In this document: piece by piece, positions 38,001 to 50,934 of the stretch
Layout: every line of letters begins with the position of its first letter
How positions within the stretch are numbered: the first letter of the stretch is position 1
Assembly: GCA_951406725.2 (NCBI GenBank)
Contig: OX597837.1
Coordinates: 13,144,001-13,208,000, forward strand
Direction of reading: 5' to 3'
Source: Octopus vulgaris
Taxonomy: Eukaryota
Length of the DNA stretch: 64,000 nt
Translations under genes and position numbers: made by a program
Notes under the pieces: generated by a model
What the model saw: the letters and a program-made list of their open reading frames with translations, nothing else
What the model was told of the DNA's origin: nothing
Databases searched by the model: none

Positions 38001-41000
38001 TTGGAAAAGATTTTTCTCCCACAAATTTCTTCAAAATTGTAATTTATGCTGTTTGATAAATATTTCTATGAAATTTCATTGGAAAAAAATCTCCATTTTC
38101 CTAAAATTTATGACAGAAAAGATTGGGTCTTTTGAATTTTCGATGTCCTCTCTCCACCTGCTTGGAAAAGATTTTTCCCCCACAAATTTCTTCAAAATTG
38201 TAATTTATGCTGTTTGATAAATATTTCTATGAAATTTCATTGGAAAAAAAATCTCCATTTTCCTAAAATTCATGACAGAAAAGATTGGGTCTTTTGAATT
38301 TTCGATGTCCTCTCTCCACCTGCTTGGAAAAGATTTTTCCCCCACAAATTTCTTCAAAATTGTAATTTATGCTGTTTGATAAGAATTTCTATGAAATTTC
38401 ATTGGAAAAAAATCTCCATTTTCCTAAAATTTATGACAGAAAAGATTGGGTCTTTTGAATTTTCGATGTTCTCTCTCCACCTGCTTGGAAAAGATTTTTC
38501 CCCCACAAATTTCTTCAAAATTGTAATTTATGCTGTTTGATAAATATTTCTATGAAATTTCATTGGAAAAAAATCTCCATTTTCCTAAAATTTATGACAG
38601 AAAAGATTGGGTCTTTTGAATTTTCGATGTCCTCTCTCCACCTGCTTGGAAAAGATTTTTCCCCCACAAATTTCTTCAAAATTGTAATTTATGCTGTTTG
38701 ATAAATATTTCTATGAAATTTCATTGGAAAAAAATCTCCATTTTCCTAAAATTTATGACGGAAAAGATTGGGTCTTTTGAATTTTCGATGTCCTCTCTCC
38801 ACCTGCTTGGAAAAGATTTTTCCCCACAAATTTCTTCAAAATTGTAATTTATGCTGTTTGATAAATATTTCTATGAAATTTCATTGGAAAAAAATCTCCA
38901 TTTTCCTAAAATTCATGACAGAAAAGATTGGGTCTTTTGAATTTTCGATGTCCTCTCTCCACCTGCTTGGAAAAGATTTTTCCCCCACAAATTTCTTCAA
39001 AATTGTAATTTATGCTGTTTGATAAATATTTCTATGAAATTTCATTGGAAAAAAATCTCCATTTTCCTAAAATTTATGACAGAAAAGATTGGGTCTTTTG
39101 AATTTTCGATGTCCTCTCTCCACCTGCTTGGAAAAGATTTTTCCCCCACAAATTTCTTCAAAATTGTAATTTATGCTGTTTGATAAATATTTCTATGAAA
39201 TTTCATTGGAAAAAAATCTCCATTTTCCTAAAATTTATGACAGAAAAGATTGGGTCTTTTGAATTTTCGATGTCCTCTCTCCACCTGCTTGGAAAAGATT
39301 TTTCCCCCACAAATTTCTTCAAAATTGTAATTTATGCTGTTTGATAAATATTTCTATGAAATTTCATTGGAAAAAAATCTCCATTTTCCTAAAATTCATG
39401 ACAGAAAAGATTGGGTCTTTTGAATTTTCGATGTTCTCTCTCCACCTGCTTGGAAAAGATTTTTCCCCCACAAATTTCTTCAAAATTGTAATTTATGCTG
39501 TTTGATAAATATTTCTATGAAATTTCATTGGAAAAAAATCTCCATTTTCCTAAAATTTATGACGGAAAAGATTGGGTCTTTTGAATTTTCGATGTCCTCT
39601 CTCCACCTGCTTGGAAAAGATTTTTCCCCCACAAATTTCTTCAAAATTGTAATTTATGCTGTTTGATAAATATTTCTATGAAATTTCATTGGAAAAAAAT
39701 CTCCATTTTCCTAAAATTTATGACAGAAAAGATTGGGTCTTTTGAATTTTCGATGTCCTCTCTCCACCTGCTTGGAAAAGATTTTTCCCCCACAAATTTC
39801 TTCAAAATTGTAATTTATGCTGTTTGATAAATATTTCTATGAAATTTCATTGGAAAAGAATCTCCATTTTTCCTAAAATTTATGACAGAAAAGATTGGGT
39901 CTTTTGAATTTTCGATGTCCTCTCTCCATCTGCTTGGAAAAGATTTTTCCCCCACAAATTACTTCAAAATTGTAATTTATGCTGTTTGATAAATATTTCT
40001 ATGAAATTTCATTGGAAAAAAATCTCCATTTTCCTAAAATTTATGACAGAAAAGATTGGGTCTTTTGAATTTTCGATGTCCTCTCTCCACCTGCTTCGAA
40101 AAGATTTTTCCCCCACAAATTTCTTCAAAATTGTAATTTATGCTGTTTGATAAATATTTCTATGAAATTTCATTGGAAAAAAATCTCCATTTTCCTAAAA
40201 TTTATGACAGAAAAGATTGGGTCTTTTGAATTTTCGATGTCCTCTCTTCACCTGCTTGGAAAAGATTTTTCCCCCACAAATTTCTTCAAAATTGTAATTT
40301 ATGCTGTTTGATAAATATTTCTATGAAATTTCATTGGAAAAAAATCTCCATTTTCCTAAAATTTATGACAGAAAAGATTGGGTCTTTTGAATTTTCGATG
40401 TCCTCTCTCCACCTGCTTGGAAAAGATTTTTCCCCCACAAATTTCTTCAAAATTGTACTTTATGCTGTTTGATAAATATTTCTATGAAATTTCATTGGAA
40501 AAAAATCTCCATTTTCCTAAAATTTATGACAGAAAAGATTGGGTCTTTTGAATTTTCGATGTCCTCTCTCCATCTGCTTGGAAAAGATTTTTCCCCCACA
40601 AATTTCTTCAAAATTGTAATTTATGCTGTTTGATAAATATTTCTATGAAATTTCATTGGAAAAAAATCTCCATTTTCCTAAAATTTATGACGGAAAAGAT
40701 TGGGTCTTTTGAATTTTCGATGTCCTCTCTCCACCTGCTTGGAAAAGATTTTTCCCCACAAATTTCTTCAAAATTGTAATTTATGCTGTTTGATAAATAT
40801 TTCTATGAAATTTCATTGGAAAAAAATCTCCATTTTCCTAAAATTCATGACAGAAAAGATTGGGTCTTTTGAATTTTCGATGTCCTCTCTCCATCTGCTT
40901 GGAAAAGATTTTTCCCCCACAAATTTCTTCAAAATTGTAATTTATGCTGTTTGATAAATATTTCTCTGAAATTTCATTGGAAAAAAATCTCCATTTTCCT

Positions 41001-44000
41001 AAAATTTATGACAGAAAAGATTGGGTCTTTTGAATTTTCGATGTCCTCTCTCCACCTGCTTGGAAAAGATTTTTCCCCCACAAATTTCTTCAAAATTGTA
41101 ATTTATGCTGTTTGATAAATATTTCTATGAAATTTCATTGGAAAAAAATCTCCATTTTCCTAAAATTTATGACAGAAAAGATTGGGTCTTTTGAATTTTC
41201 GATGTCCTCTCTTCACCTGCTTGGAAAAGATTTTTCCCCCAGAAATTTCTTCAAAATTGTAATTTATGCTGTTTGATAAATATTTCTATGAAATTTCATT
41301 GGAAAAAAATCTGCATTTTCCTAAAATTCATGACAGAAAAGATTGGGTCTTTTGAATTTTCGATGTCCTCTCTCCATCTGCTTGGAAAAGATTTTTCCCC
41401 CACAAATTTCTTCAAAATTGTAATTTATGCTGTTTGATAAATATTTCTATGAAATTTCATTGGAAAAAAATCTCCATTTTCCTAAAATTCATGACGGAAA
41501 AGATTGGGTCTTTTGAATTTTCGATGTCCTCTCTCCACCTGCTTGGAAAAGATTTTTCCCCCACAAATTTCTTCAAAATTGTAATTTATGCTGTTTGATA
41601 AATATTTCTATGAAATTTCATTGGAAAAAAAATCTCCATTTTCCTAAAATTTATGACAGAAAAGATTGGGTCTTTTGAATTTTCGATGTCCTCTCTCCAC
41701 CTGCTTGGAACAGATTTTTCCCCCACAAATTTCTTCAAAATTGTAATTTATGCTGTTTGATAAATATTTCTATGAAATTTCATTGGAAAAAAATCTCCAT
41801 TTTCCTAAAATTCATGACAGAAAAGATTGGGTCTTTTGAATTTTCGATGTCTCTCTCCACCTGCTTGGAAAAGATTTTTCCCCCACAAATTTCTTCAAAA
41901 TTGTAATTTATGCTGTTTGATAAATATTTCTATGAAATTTCATTGGAAAAAAATCTCCATTTTCCTAAAATTTATGACAGAAAAGATTGGGTCTTTTGAA
42001 TTTTCGATGTCCTCTCTCCACCTGCTTGGAAAAGATTTTTCCCCCACAAATTTCTTCAAAATTGTAATTTATGCTATTTGATAAGTAATTTCTATGAAAT
42101 TTCATTGGAAAAAAATCTCCATTTTCCTAAAATTTATGACAGAAAAGATTGGGTCTTTTGAATTTTCGATGTCCTCTCTCCACCTGCTTGGAAAAGATTT
42201 TTCCCCCCACAAATTTCTTCAAAATTGTAATTTATGCTGTTTGATAAATATTTCTGAAATTTCATTGGAAAAAAATCTCCATTTTCCTAAAATTTATGAC
42301 AGGAAAGATTGGGTCTTTTGAATTTTCGATGTCCTCTCTCCACCTGCTTGGAAAAGATTTTTCCCCACAAATTTCTTCAAAATTGTAATTTATGCTGTTT
42401 GATAAATATTTCTATGAAATTTCATTGGAAAAAAATCTCCATTTTCCTAAAATTTATGACAGAAAAGATTGGGTCTTTTGAATTTTCGATGTCCTCTCTC
42501 CATCTGCTTGGAAAAGATTTTTCCCCCACAAATTTCTTCAAAATTGTAATTTATGCTGTTTGATAAGTATTTCTATGAAATTTCATTGGAAAAAAATCTC
42601 CATTTTCCTAAAATTTCATGACGGAAAAGATTGGGTCTTTTGAATTTTCGATGTTCTCTCTCCACCTGCTTGGAAAAGATTTTTCCCCCACAAATTTCTT
42701 CAAAATTGTAATTTATGCTGTTTGATAAATATTTCTATGAAATTTCATTGGAAAAAAATCTCCATTTTCCTAAAATTTCATGACAGAAAAGATTGGGTCT
42801 TTTGAATTTTCGATGTCCCTCTCCATCTGCTTGGAAAAGATTTTTCCCCCACAAATTTCTTCAAAATTGTAATTTATGCTGTTTGATAAATATTTCTATG
42901 AAATTTCATTGGAAAAAAATCTCCATTTTCCTAAAATTTATGACAGAAAAGATTGGGTCTTTTGAATTTTCGATGTCCTCTCTCCACCTGCTTGGAAAAG
43001 ATTTTTCCCCCACAAATTTCTTCAAAATTGTAATTTATGCTGTTTGATAAATATTTCTATGAAATTTCATTGGAAAAAAATCTCCATTTTCCTAAAATTT
43101 ATGACAGGAAAAGATTGGGTCTTGTGAATTTTCGATGTCCTCTCTCCACCTGCTTGGAAAAGATTTTTCCCCCACAAATTTCTTCAAAATTGTAATTTAT
43201 GCTGTTTGATAAGTATTTCTATGAAATTTCATTGGAAAAAAATCTCCATTTTCCTAAAATTCATGACAGAAAAGATTGGGTCTTTTGAATTTTCGATGTC
43301 CTCTCTCCATCTGCTTGGAAAAGATTTTTCCCCCACAAATTTCTTCCAAATTGTAATTTATGCTGTTTGATAAATATTTCTATGAAATTTCATTGGAAAA
43401 AAATCTCCATTTTCCTAAAATTTATGACGGAGAAAAGATTGGGTCTTGTGAATTTTCGATGTCCTCTCTCCATCTGCTTGGAAAAGATTTTTCCCCCACA
43501 AATTTCTTCAAAATTGTAATTTATGCTGTTTGATAAATATTTCTATGAAATTTCATTGGAAAAAAAATCTCCATTTTCCTAAAATTTATGACGGAAAAGA
43601 TTGGGTCTTTTGAATTTTCGATGTCCTCTCTCCACCTGCTTGGAAAAGATTTTTCCCCCACAAATTTCTTCAAAATTGTAATTTATGCTGTTTGATAAAT
43701 ATTTCTATGAAATTTCATTGGAAAAAAATCTCCATTTTCCTAAAATTTATGACAGAAAAGATTGGGTCTTTTGAATTTTCGATGCCCTCTCTTCACCTGC
43801 TTGGAAAAGATTTTTCCCCCACAAATTTCTTCAAAATTGTAATTTATGCTGTTTGATAAATATTTCTATGAAATTTCATTGGAAAAAAATCTCCATTTTC
43901 CTAAAATTTATGACAGAAAAGATTGGGTCTTTTGAATTTTCGATGTCCTCTCTCCATCTGCTTGGAAAAGATTTTTCCCCAACAAATTACTTCAAAATTG

Positions 44001-47000
44001 TAATTTATGCTGTTTGATAAATATTTCTATGAAATTTCATTGGAAAAAAATCTCCATTTTCCTAAAATTTATGACAGAAAAGATTGGGTCTTTTGAATTT
44101 TCGATGTCCTCTCTCCACCTGCTTGGAAAAGATTTTTCCCCACAAATTTCTTCAAAATTGTAATTTATGCTGTTTGATAAGTATTTCTATGAAATTTCAT
44201 TGGAAAAAAATGTCCATTTTCCTAAAATTTATGACGGAAAAGATTGGGTCTTTTGAATTTTCGATGTCCTCTCTCCACCTGCTTGGAAAAGATTTTTCCC
44301 CCACAAATTTCTTCAAAATTGTAATTTATGCTGTTTGATAAATATTTCTATGAAATTTCATTGGAAAAAAATCTCCATTTTCCTAAAATTTATGACAGAA
44401 AAGATTGGGTCTTTTGAATTTTCGATGTTCTCTCTCCACCTGCTTGGAAAAGATTTTTCCCCACAAATTTCTTCAAAATTGTACTTTATGCTGTTTGATA
44501 AATATTTCTATGAAATTTCATTGGAAAAAAATCTCCATTTTCCTAAAATTTATGACAGAAAAGATTGGGTCTTTTGAATTTTCGATGTCTCTCTCCATCT
44601 GCTTGGAAAAGATTTTTCCCACAAATTTCTTCAAAATTGTAATTTATGCTGTTTGATAAATATTTCTATGAAATTTCATTGGAAAAAAATCTCCATTTTC
44701 CTAAAATTTATGACAGAAAAGATTGGGTCTTTTGAATTTTCGATGTTCTCTCTCCACCTGCTTGGAAAAGATTTTTCCCCCACAAATTTCTTCAAAATTG
44801 TAATTTATGCTGTTTGATAAGTATTTCTATGAAATTTCATTGGAAAAAAATCTCCATTTTCCTAAAATTTATGACAGAAAAGATTGGGTCTTTTGAATTT
44901 TCGATGTCCTCTCTCCACCTGCTTGGAAAAGATTTTTCCCCCCACAAATTTCTTCAAAATTGTAATTTATGCTGTTTGATAAATATTTCTATGAAATTTC
45001 ATTGGAAAAAAATCTCCATTTTCCTAAAATTTATGACAGGAAAAGATTGGGTCTTTTGAATTTTCGATGTCCTCTCTCCACCTGCTTGGAAAAGATTTTT
45101 CCCCACAAATTTCTTCAAAATTGTAATTTATGCTGTTTGATAAATATTTCTATGAAATTTCATTGGAAAAAAATCTCCATTTTCCTAAAATTCATGACAG
45201 AAAAGACTGGGTCTTTTGAATTTTCGATGTCCTCTCTCCACCTGCTTGGAAAAGATTTTTCCCCCACAAATTTCTTCAAAATTGTAATTTATGCTGTTTG
45301 ATAAGTATTTCTATGAAATTTCATTGGAAAAAAATGTCCATTTTCCTAAAATTTATGACGGAAAAGATTGGGTCTTTTGAATTTTCGATGTCCTCTCTCC
45401 ATCTGCTTGGAAAAGATTTTTCCCCCACAAATTTCTTCAAAATTGTAATTTGTGCTGTTTGATAAATATTTCCATGAAATTTCATTGAAAAAAATCTCCA
45501 TTTTCCTAAAATTTCTGACGGAAAAGATTGGGTCTTGTGAATTTTCGATGTCCACTCTCCATCTGCTTGGAAAAGATTTTTCCCCACAAATTTCTTCAAA
45601 ATTGTAATTTATGCTGTTTGATAAATATTTCTATGAAATTTCATTGGAAAAAAATCTCCATTTTCCTAAAATTTATGACGGAAAAGATTGGGTCTTTTGA
45701 ATTTTCGATGTCCTCTCTCCACCTGCTTGGAAAAGATTTTTCCCCACAAATTTCTTCAAAATTGTAATTTATGCTGTTTGATAAATATTTCTATGAAATT
45801 TCATTGGAAAAAAATCTCCATTTTCCTAAAATTTATGAAGGAAAAGATTGGGTCTTGTGAATTTTCGGTGTCCTCTCTCCACCTGCTTGGAAAAGATTTT
45901 TCCCCCACAAATTTCTTCAAAATTGTAATTTATGCTGTTTGATAAGTATTTCTATGAAATTTCATTGGAAAAAAATCTCCATTTTCCTAAAATTTCTGAC
46001 GGAGAAGATTGGGTCTTTTGAATTTTCGATGTCCTCTCTCCATCTGCTTGGAAAAGATTTTTCCCCCACAAATTTCTTCCAAATTGTAATTTATGCTGTT
46101 TGATAAATATTTCTATGAAATTTCATTGGAAAAAAATCTCCATTTTCCTAAAATTTATGACGGAAAAGATTGGGTCTTTTGAATTTTCGATGTCCTCTCT
46201 CCATCTGCTTGGAAAAGATTTTTCCCCCACAAATTTCTTCAAAATTGTAATTTATGCTGTTTGATAAATATTTCTATGAAATTTCATTGGAAAAAAATCT
46301 CCATTTTCCTAAAATTTATGAAGGAAAAGATTGGGTCTTTTGAATTTTCGGTGTCCTCTCTGCACCTGCTTGGAAAAGATTTTTCCCCCACAAATTTCTT
46401 CAAAATTGTAATTTATGCTGTTTGATAAGTATTTCTATGAAATTTCATTGGAAAAAATCTCCATTTTCCTAAAATTTCTGACGGAAAGATTGGGTCTTGT
46501 GAATTTTCGATGTCCTCTCTCCATCTGCTTGGAAAAGATTTTTCCCCCACAAATTTCTTCAAAATTGTAATTTGTGCTGTTTGATAAATATTTCTATGAA
46601 ATTTCATTGGAAAAAAATCTCCATTTTCCTAAAATTTATGACGGAAAAGATTGGGTCTTGTGAATTTTCGATGTCCTCTCTCCACCTGCTTGGAAAAGAT
46701 TTTTTCCCCCACAAATTTCTTCCAAATTGTAATTTATGCTGTTTGATAAATATTTCTATGAAATTTCATTGGAAAAAAATCTCCATTTTCCTAAAATTTA
46801 TGACGGAAAAGATTGGGTCTTTTGAATTTTCGATGTCCTCTCTCCACCTGCTTGGAAAAGATTTTTCCCCCACAAATTTCTTGAAAATTGTAATTTATGC
46901 TGTTTGATAAATATTTCTCTGAAATTTCATTGGAAAAAAATCTCCATTTTCCTAAAATTTATGACGGAAAAGATTTGGTCTTTTGAATTTTCAAATCCTC

Positions 47001-47100
47001 TCTCCACCTGCTTGGAAAAGATTTTTCCCCCACAAATTTCTTCAAAATTGTAATGTATGCTGTTTGATAAGTATTCCTATGAAATTTCATTGAAAAAAAT
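35010..47100. repeat. Satellite array, 161-bp unit, about 75 copies
   Basis: Unit CTATGAAATTTCATTGGAAAAAAATCTCC...GATAAATATTT; period confirmed e.g. 39032 to 39193; very low divergence. Confidence 0.99.
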
Positions 47101-47534
47101 GGTCCCTTTTATTGAAAAGGGAGAACCACTAAGACAAGTAAGTCTGCTGTGCTGAACTGAAATGTCTCTCTAATTTCTATGGGTTTAAATAAATGAGAGC
47201 AAAAACTTCCCCTGGATAGAAAACCAAAAAATCACAAGTAACTTTTCTTTGGGAATAGCTGACTTCACCATCACTACTACTTCTGACTATTAACTACTAT
47301 GTCAGTCTTGTTGAACTGGGCTGCTTATATGTTCAGTGTTTAAGTCATAAAAACAACCGTGCAGACATATTTGTTGCTTGTCCAGTGTGTACATATGAAT
47401 ACCTACATACATATATACATATCTATATTTCTCTCTATATATATATAGTTGTCAAATAAACCATATGTCAGGAAAACAGACACTCTTATATTTATCATAT
47501 TAAACATAGTATACAGTATTACAAATTGATAACA

Positions 47535-47612
47535 ACTGCTTTTACCCATCTGTTTCACACCAGATATTAGGTAACTGGACAATTATCTAATAACTCCGCT
47601 CATCAGAGATAT
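47535..47612 (-). ncRNA. Decayed hammerhead-like motif
   Basis: Minus strand CTGATGA-GCGGAG-TATTAGATAATTG/CAGTTACCTAATA-GAAA-CAGATGGG-TA; helices I and III eroded. Confidence 0.4.
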
Positions 47613-47891
47613 AAGATAGATGGATGAACAGACAGACGGACAGATGGATGGATGAACGGCTTTTTGTGTGAGTGATACAACTTAAAATGTCTCATCTGGT
47701 CAATAGATCAGTAACTCCTATACACTTCCATCGTTTTACACCTTCCCAATTGCATTTAATAAGGCAGAGAAGAAGATGGAAATGGACTAAGAAGAGAGAC
47801 ACAGAAGACAGGGAGACAGCAGAGAGAGAGAAGTAAAATAAGAGAATGATGAAAGGAATGAATGACAAACTGAATAAGTTAATACCCGTAC

Positions 47892-47930
47892 CTCTTTTTT
47901 AATTCCTTTTAAGATTTCCTCTTCATTCAT
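47892..47930 (-). CDS. BCL10: BCL10-like gene, first coding exon (exon 47952-47892 includes 22 nt of 5' UTR)
   Basis: ttgtgttccag|C TGA (in-frame stop) ... ATG AAT GAA GAG GAA ATC TTA AAA GGA ATT AAA AAA GAG|gtacgg; MNEEEILKGIKKE resembles BCL10 TEEDLTEVKKD, phase 0. Confidence 0.72.
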
Positions 47931-48799
47931 GATGCCAGAGTTAATCTTTCAGCTGGAACACAAGAAAACAAACCGTTAAACTCATAATCACTGTACATCT
48001 GTTTAGATTAACGATACTGCACTAGATTAGTAATACTGTAATTAAATACAAAAATAAAAAAATTATAAGTAGATGTAAACACATGAACAAAATAAACAAA
48101 AACAAATTACACAAATGTGTATAAACAGGAGATACAAATATTACAGGCCCTTCCCCCCCACACACACTAACTAAACATAGAAACACATAGAGATATACGC
48201 ATGCACAAATAAAGACATATACAATAGGAATACAAAATACAAAATGGCTGACCATTAGTAAGGAGAGACACACAAATAAGAAAGAAGAAAGCAAAGGACC
48301 ACTGAGGAGGTCACAGGAGTGTGACGAAAGGACTCTGGCCGAAATACGTTTAAGATTAATGTAAAAAATGAATAACACTGAAGCAAAATATATAGTGCAT
48401 GTGTTTTTATTGGCTAAATTGGCAAAATGACCATTCCTAAATACGACAACAAATATGTATATATATACACACATCTGCGTGTGTGTGTGTGTGTGTGTTT
48501 CTTTCTGTTGGTTTTCCTCCCACCACCATTTGACAACCGATGTCGGTGTGTTTCCATCCTTGTAACTTAGCTGTTCAGCAAAGGAGACTGACAGAATAAG
48601 TACCAGGCTTAAAAAATAAATACTGGGATCAATTCATTGACCTAAAACTTCTTCAAGGCACTTCCCCAGAATGGCTGCAGTTTAATAACTGAAACAAGTA
48701 AAAAACAGTTTTGACTCTTTGGGCGTTTATATACACAAATGCATGTATTATTCTCAAACAGATGCATTTGTGTATGTGTCCGCATGTGTACATCATCAT

Positions 48800-49200
48800 C
48801 GTTGTTGTTTAATGTCCACTCTCCATGCTTGCATGGGTTTGACGGTTTGACTGAGGACTGGCAAGCCAGAAGGCTGCACCAGGCTATAATCTAATCTAGC
48901 AAGGTTTCTACAGCTGGATACCCTTCCTAATGCCAACCACTCTGAGAGTGTAGTTGGTGCTTTTTCTGTGCCACCTGGATGGAAACCAGTGAAGCGGCAC
49001 TGACATCAACCATGCTTGAATGGTGCTTTTTACATGCCACCAGCATGGGATCCAGTGAAGCAGAACAGGCATCAAAAATGCTCAAATGGTGCTTTTTACA
49101 TGCCACTCTCGTATACATGCCACCAGCACAGGAGCCAGTCAAGTGGTACTGGCATCGTCCACGCTCAAATGGTGCTTTTTACATGCCACCGGCCAGTCGG
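48800..49200 (-). mobile_element. Older (GAT)n-tailed SINE copy with internal repeats
   Basis: Homologous to 23720 copy, with CpG decay. Confidence 0.75.
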
Positions 49201-49676
49201 GCAACATGCGAATACGATTGCCATGTAAAGTACTCATAAAATATCAAAGAGTTGTTAGCACGTGGCATTTTGTTATACAACCGTAATATACTCTATAGGA
49301 TATGAAATGGTTTTATGAGTCAACACTATGTCCTACTGTGTTAGCAGTGCAATAGAAATTATTTTGTTCAGGTTCTGCAGAAATAACCTTAACAATGTCA
49401 TAAAATATCATGTGTATCAGTATGTGTGTACATATACTTGGAGAAGAAAATATTTGCATATATACAAAGATATATAAAAAAAATTTTCAGAAATAAATAT
49501 CAATTCCCGGTTGAAATTTCACACGCACACACACACACATAAAATCAGTTGTCGGTATGTCAGGGAAAAAATGCGTTGTGATTTTCTTATATATACTCTC
49601 ACACACACACACAAGTTGTCTTTCTTAAACTTGCACAAATTCTTTTAATTTCTTAAAGTCATATTCTTTGAGATGT

Positions 49677-49744
<68 letters not shown>

Positions 49745-50198
49745 AATGCTTGTGTATGTGTTTGTGCAACTCATTAGAGAAGACTTGAGCCTGCTGACTA
49801 ATTCCATTAAAGACTGCTGTCTCTCTAAATATATATATATGTGTCTGTACATAATACATATAGGTATATATATATATATTTATGTGTGTGTGTATGAATG
49901 TATCTATGTATTTGTTTATGTATACATATACATGCATACATATTTTATTTATACATATACGTATAAAATATATATGTATGTATGTATATATATATGCATT
50001 AATATGTATATACATATGTATTTATATGTATATACATATATATATATTTACACACATACATACATGCATACATACATACATACATACAGCCTTAAGTGCC
50101 ATTGCAATTTAAATGAAGTGTTGAGTTAAGTTGCGCTATCACAAAACAAACAAAAAAAAATTCAATGAAGATATCACACACACACACACACACACACA

Positions 50199-50268
<70 letters not shown>

Positions 50269-50934
50269 AACACATACACACATATATAAGAGAGAGAGAG
50301 AGATTGAGTTGGGAGGGGGTGTAGTAGAACAGACGGTTGCAGTAAATGATAATTATAATGCTCTGTCAATTCCATAGAAATATGGTTCCATTTATTAACC
50401 AGTTTTATTATTCTTGGCTCTTTCACATTTTTTTTCATCCTTTTCTCCCTCCCACCTTCTCTTCCTCATCACTTGCACTTTAATTTATAATATTAATCAA
50501 TGTTATTTTTTAAGTTCGAATCACAACAGCCTAGATAAACTGAGGCAATGTGGGAAAATAAGAACAAAAAAATATATGAAAATGTTTAAAAAAAACATTG
50601 ATAACATTTTTTTTCTCCCTCTTTCTTTCTGCATATATGTGTGTGTGTGTGTATATATATATATGTGTGTGTGTATATATATATATATATTGTTGTTGGC
50701 ACGTAAAAAGCACCAACCGATCGTGGCCGCTGCCAGCTTCCCTTGGTACCTGTGCCGGTGGCACATAAAAAGCACCCACTACACTCACGGAGTGGTTGGC
50801 ATTAGGAAGGGCATCCAGCTGTAGAAATATTGCCAGATCAGACTGGAGCCTGGTACAGCCTCCTGGCTTCCCAGACCCCGGTTGAACCGTCCAACCTGTG
50901 CTAGCACGGAAAACGGACGTTAAACGATGATGAT

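Noticed and set aside
35010-47100. CRISPR-like array, or repeated short ORFs (MKFHWKKISIF...)
   Set aside because: No unique spacers; the 161-bp unit is not a multiple of 3 and the ORFs depend on homopolymer indels
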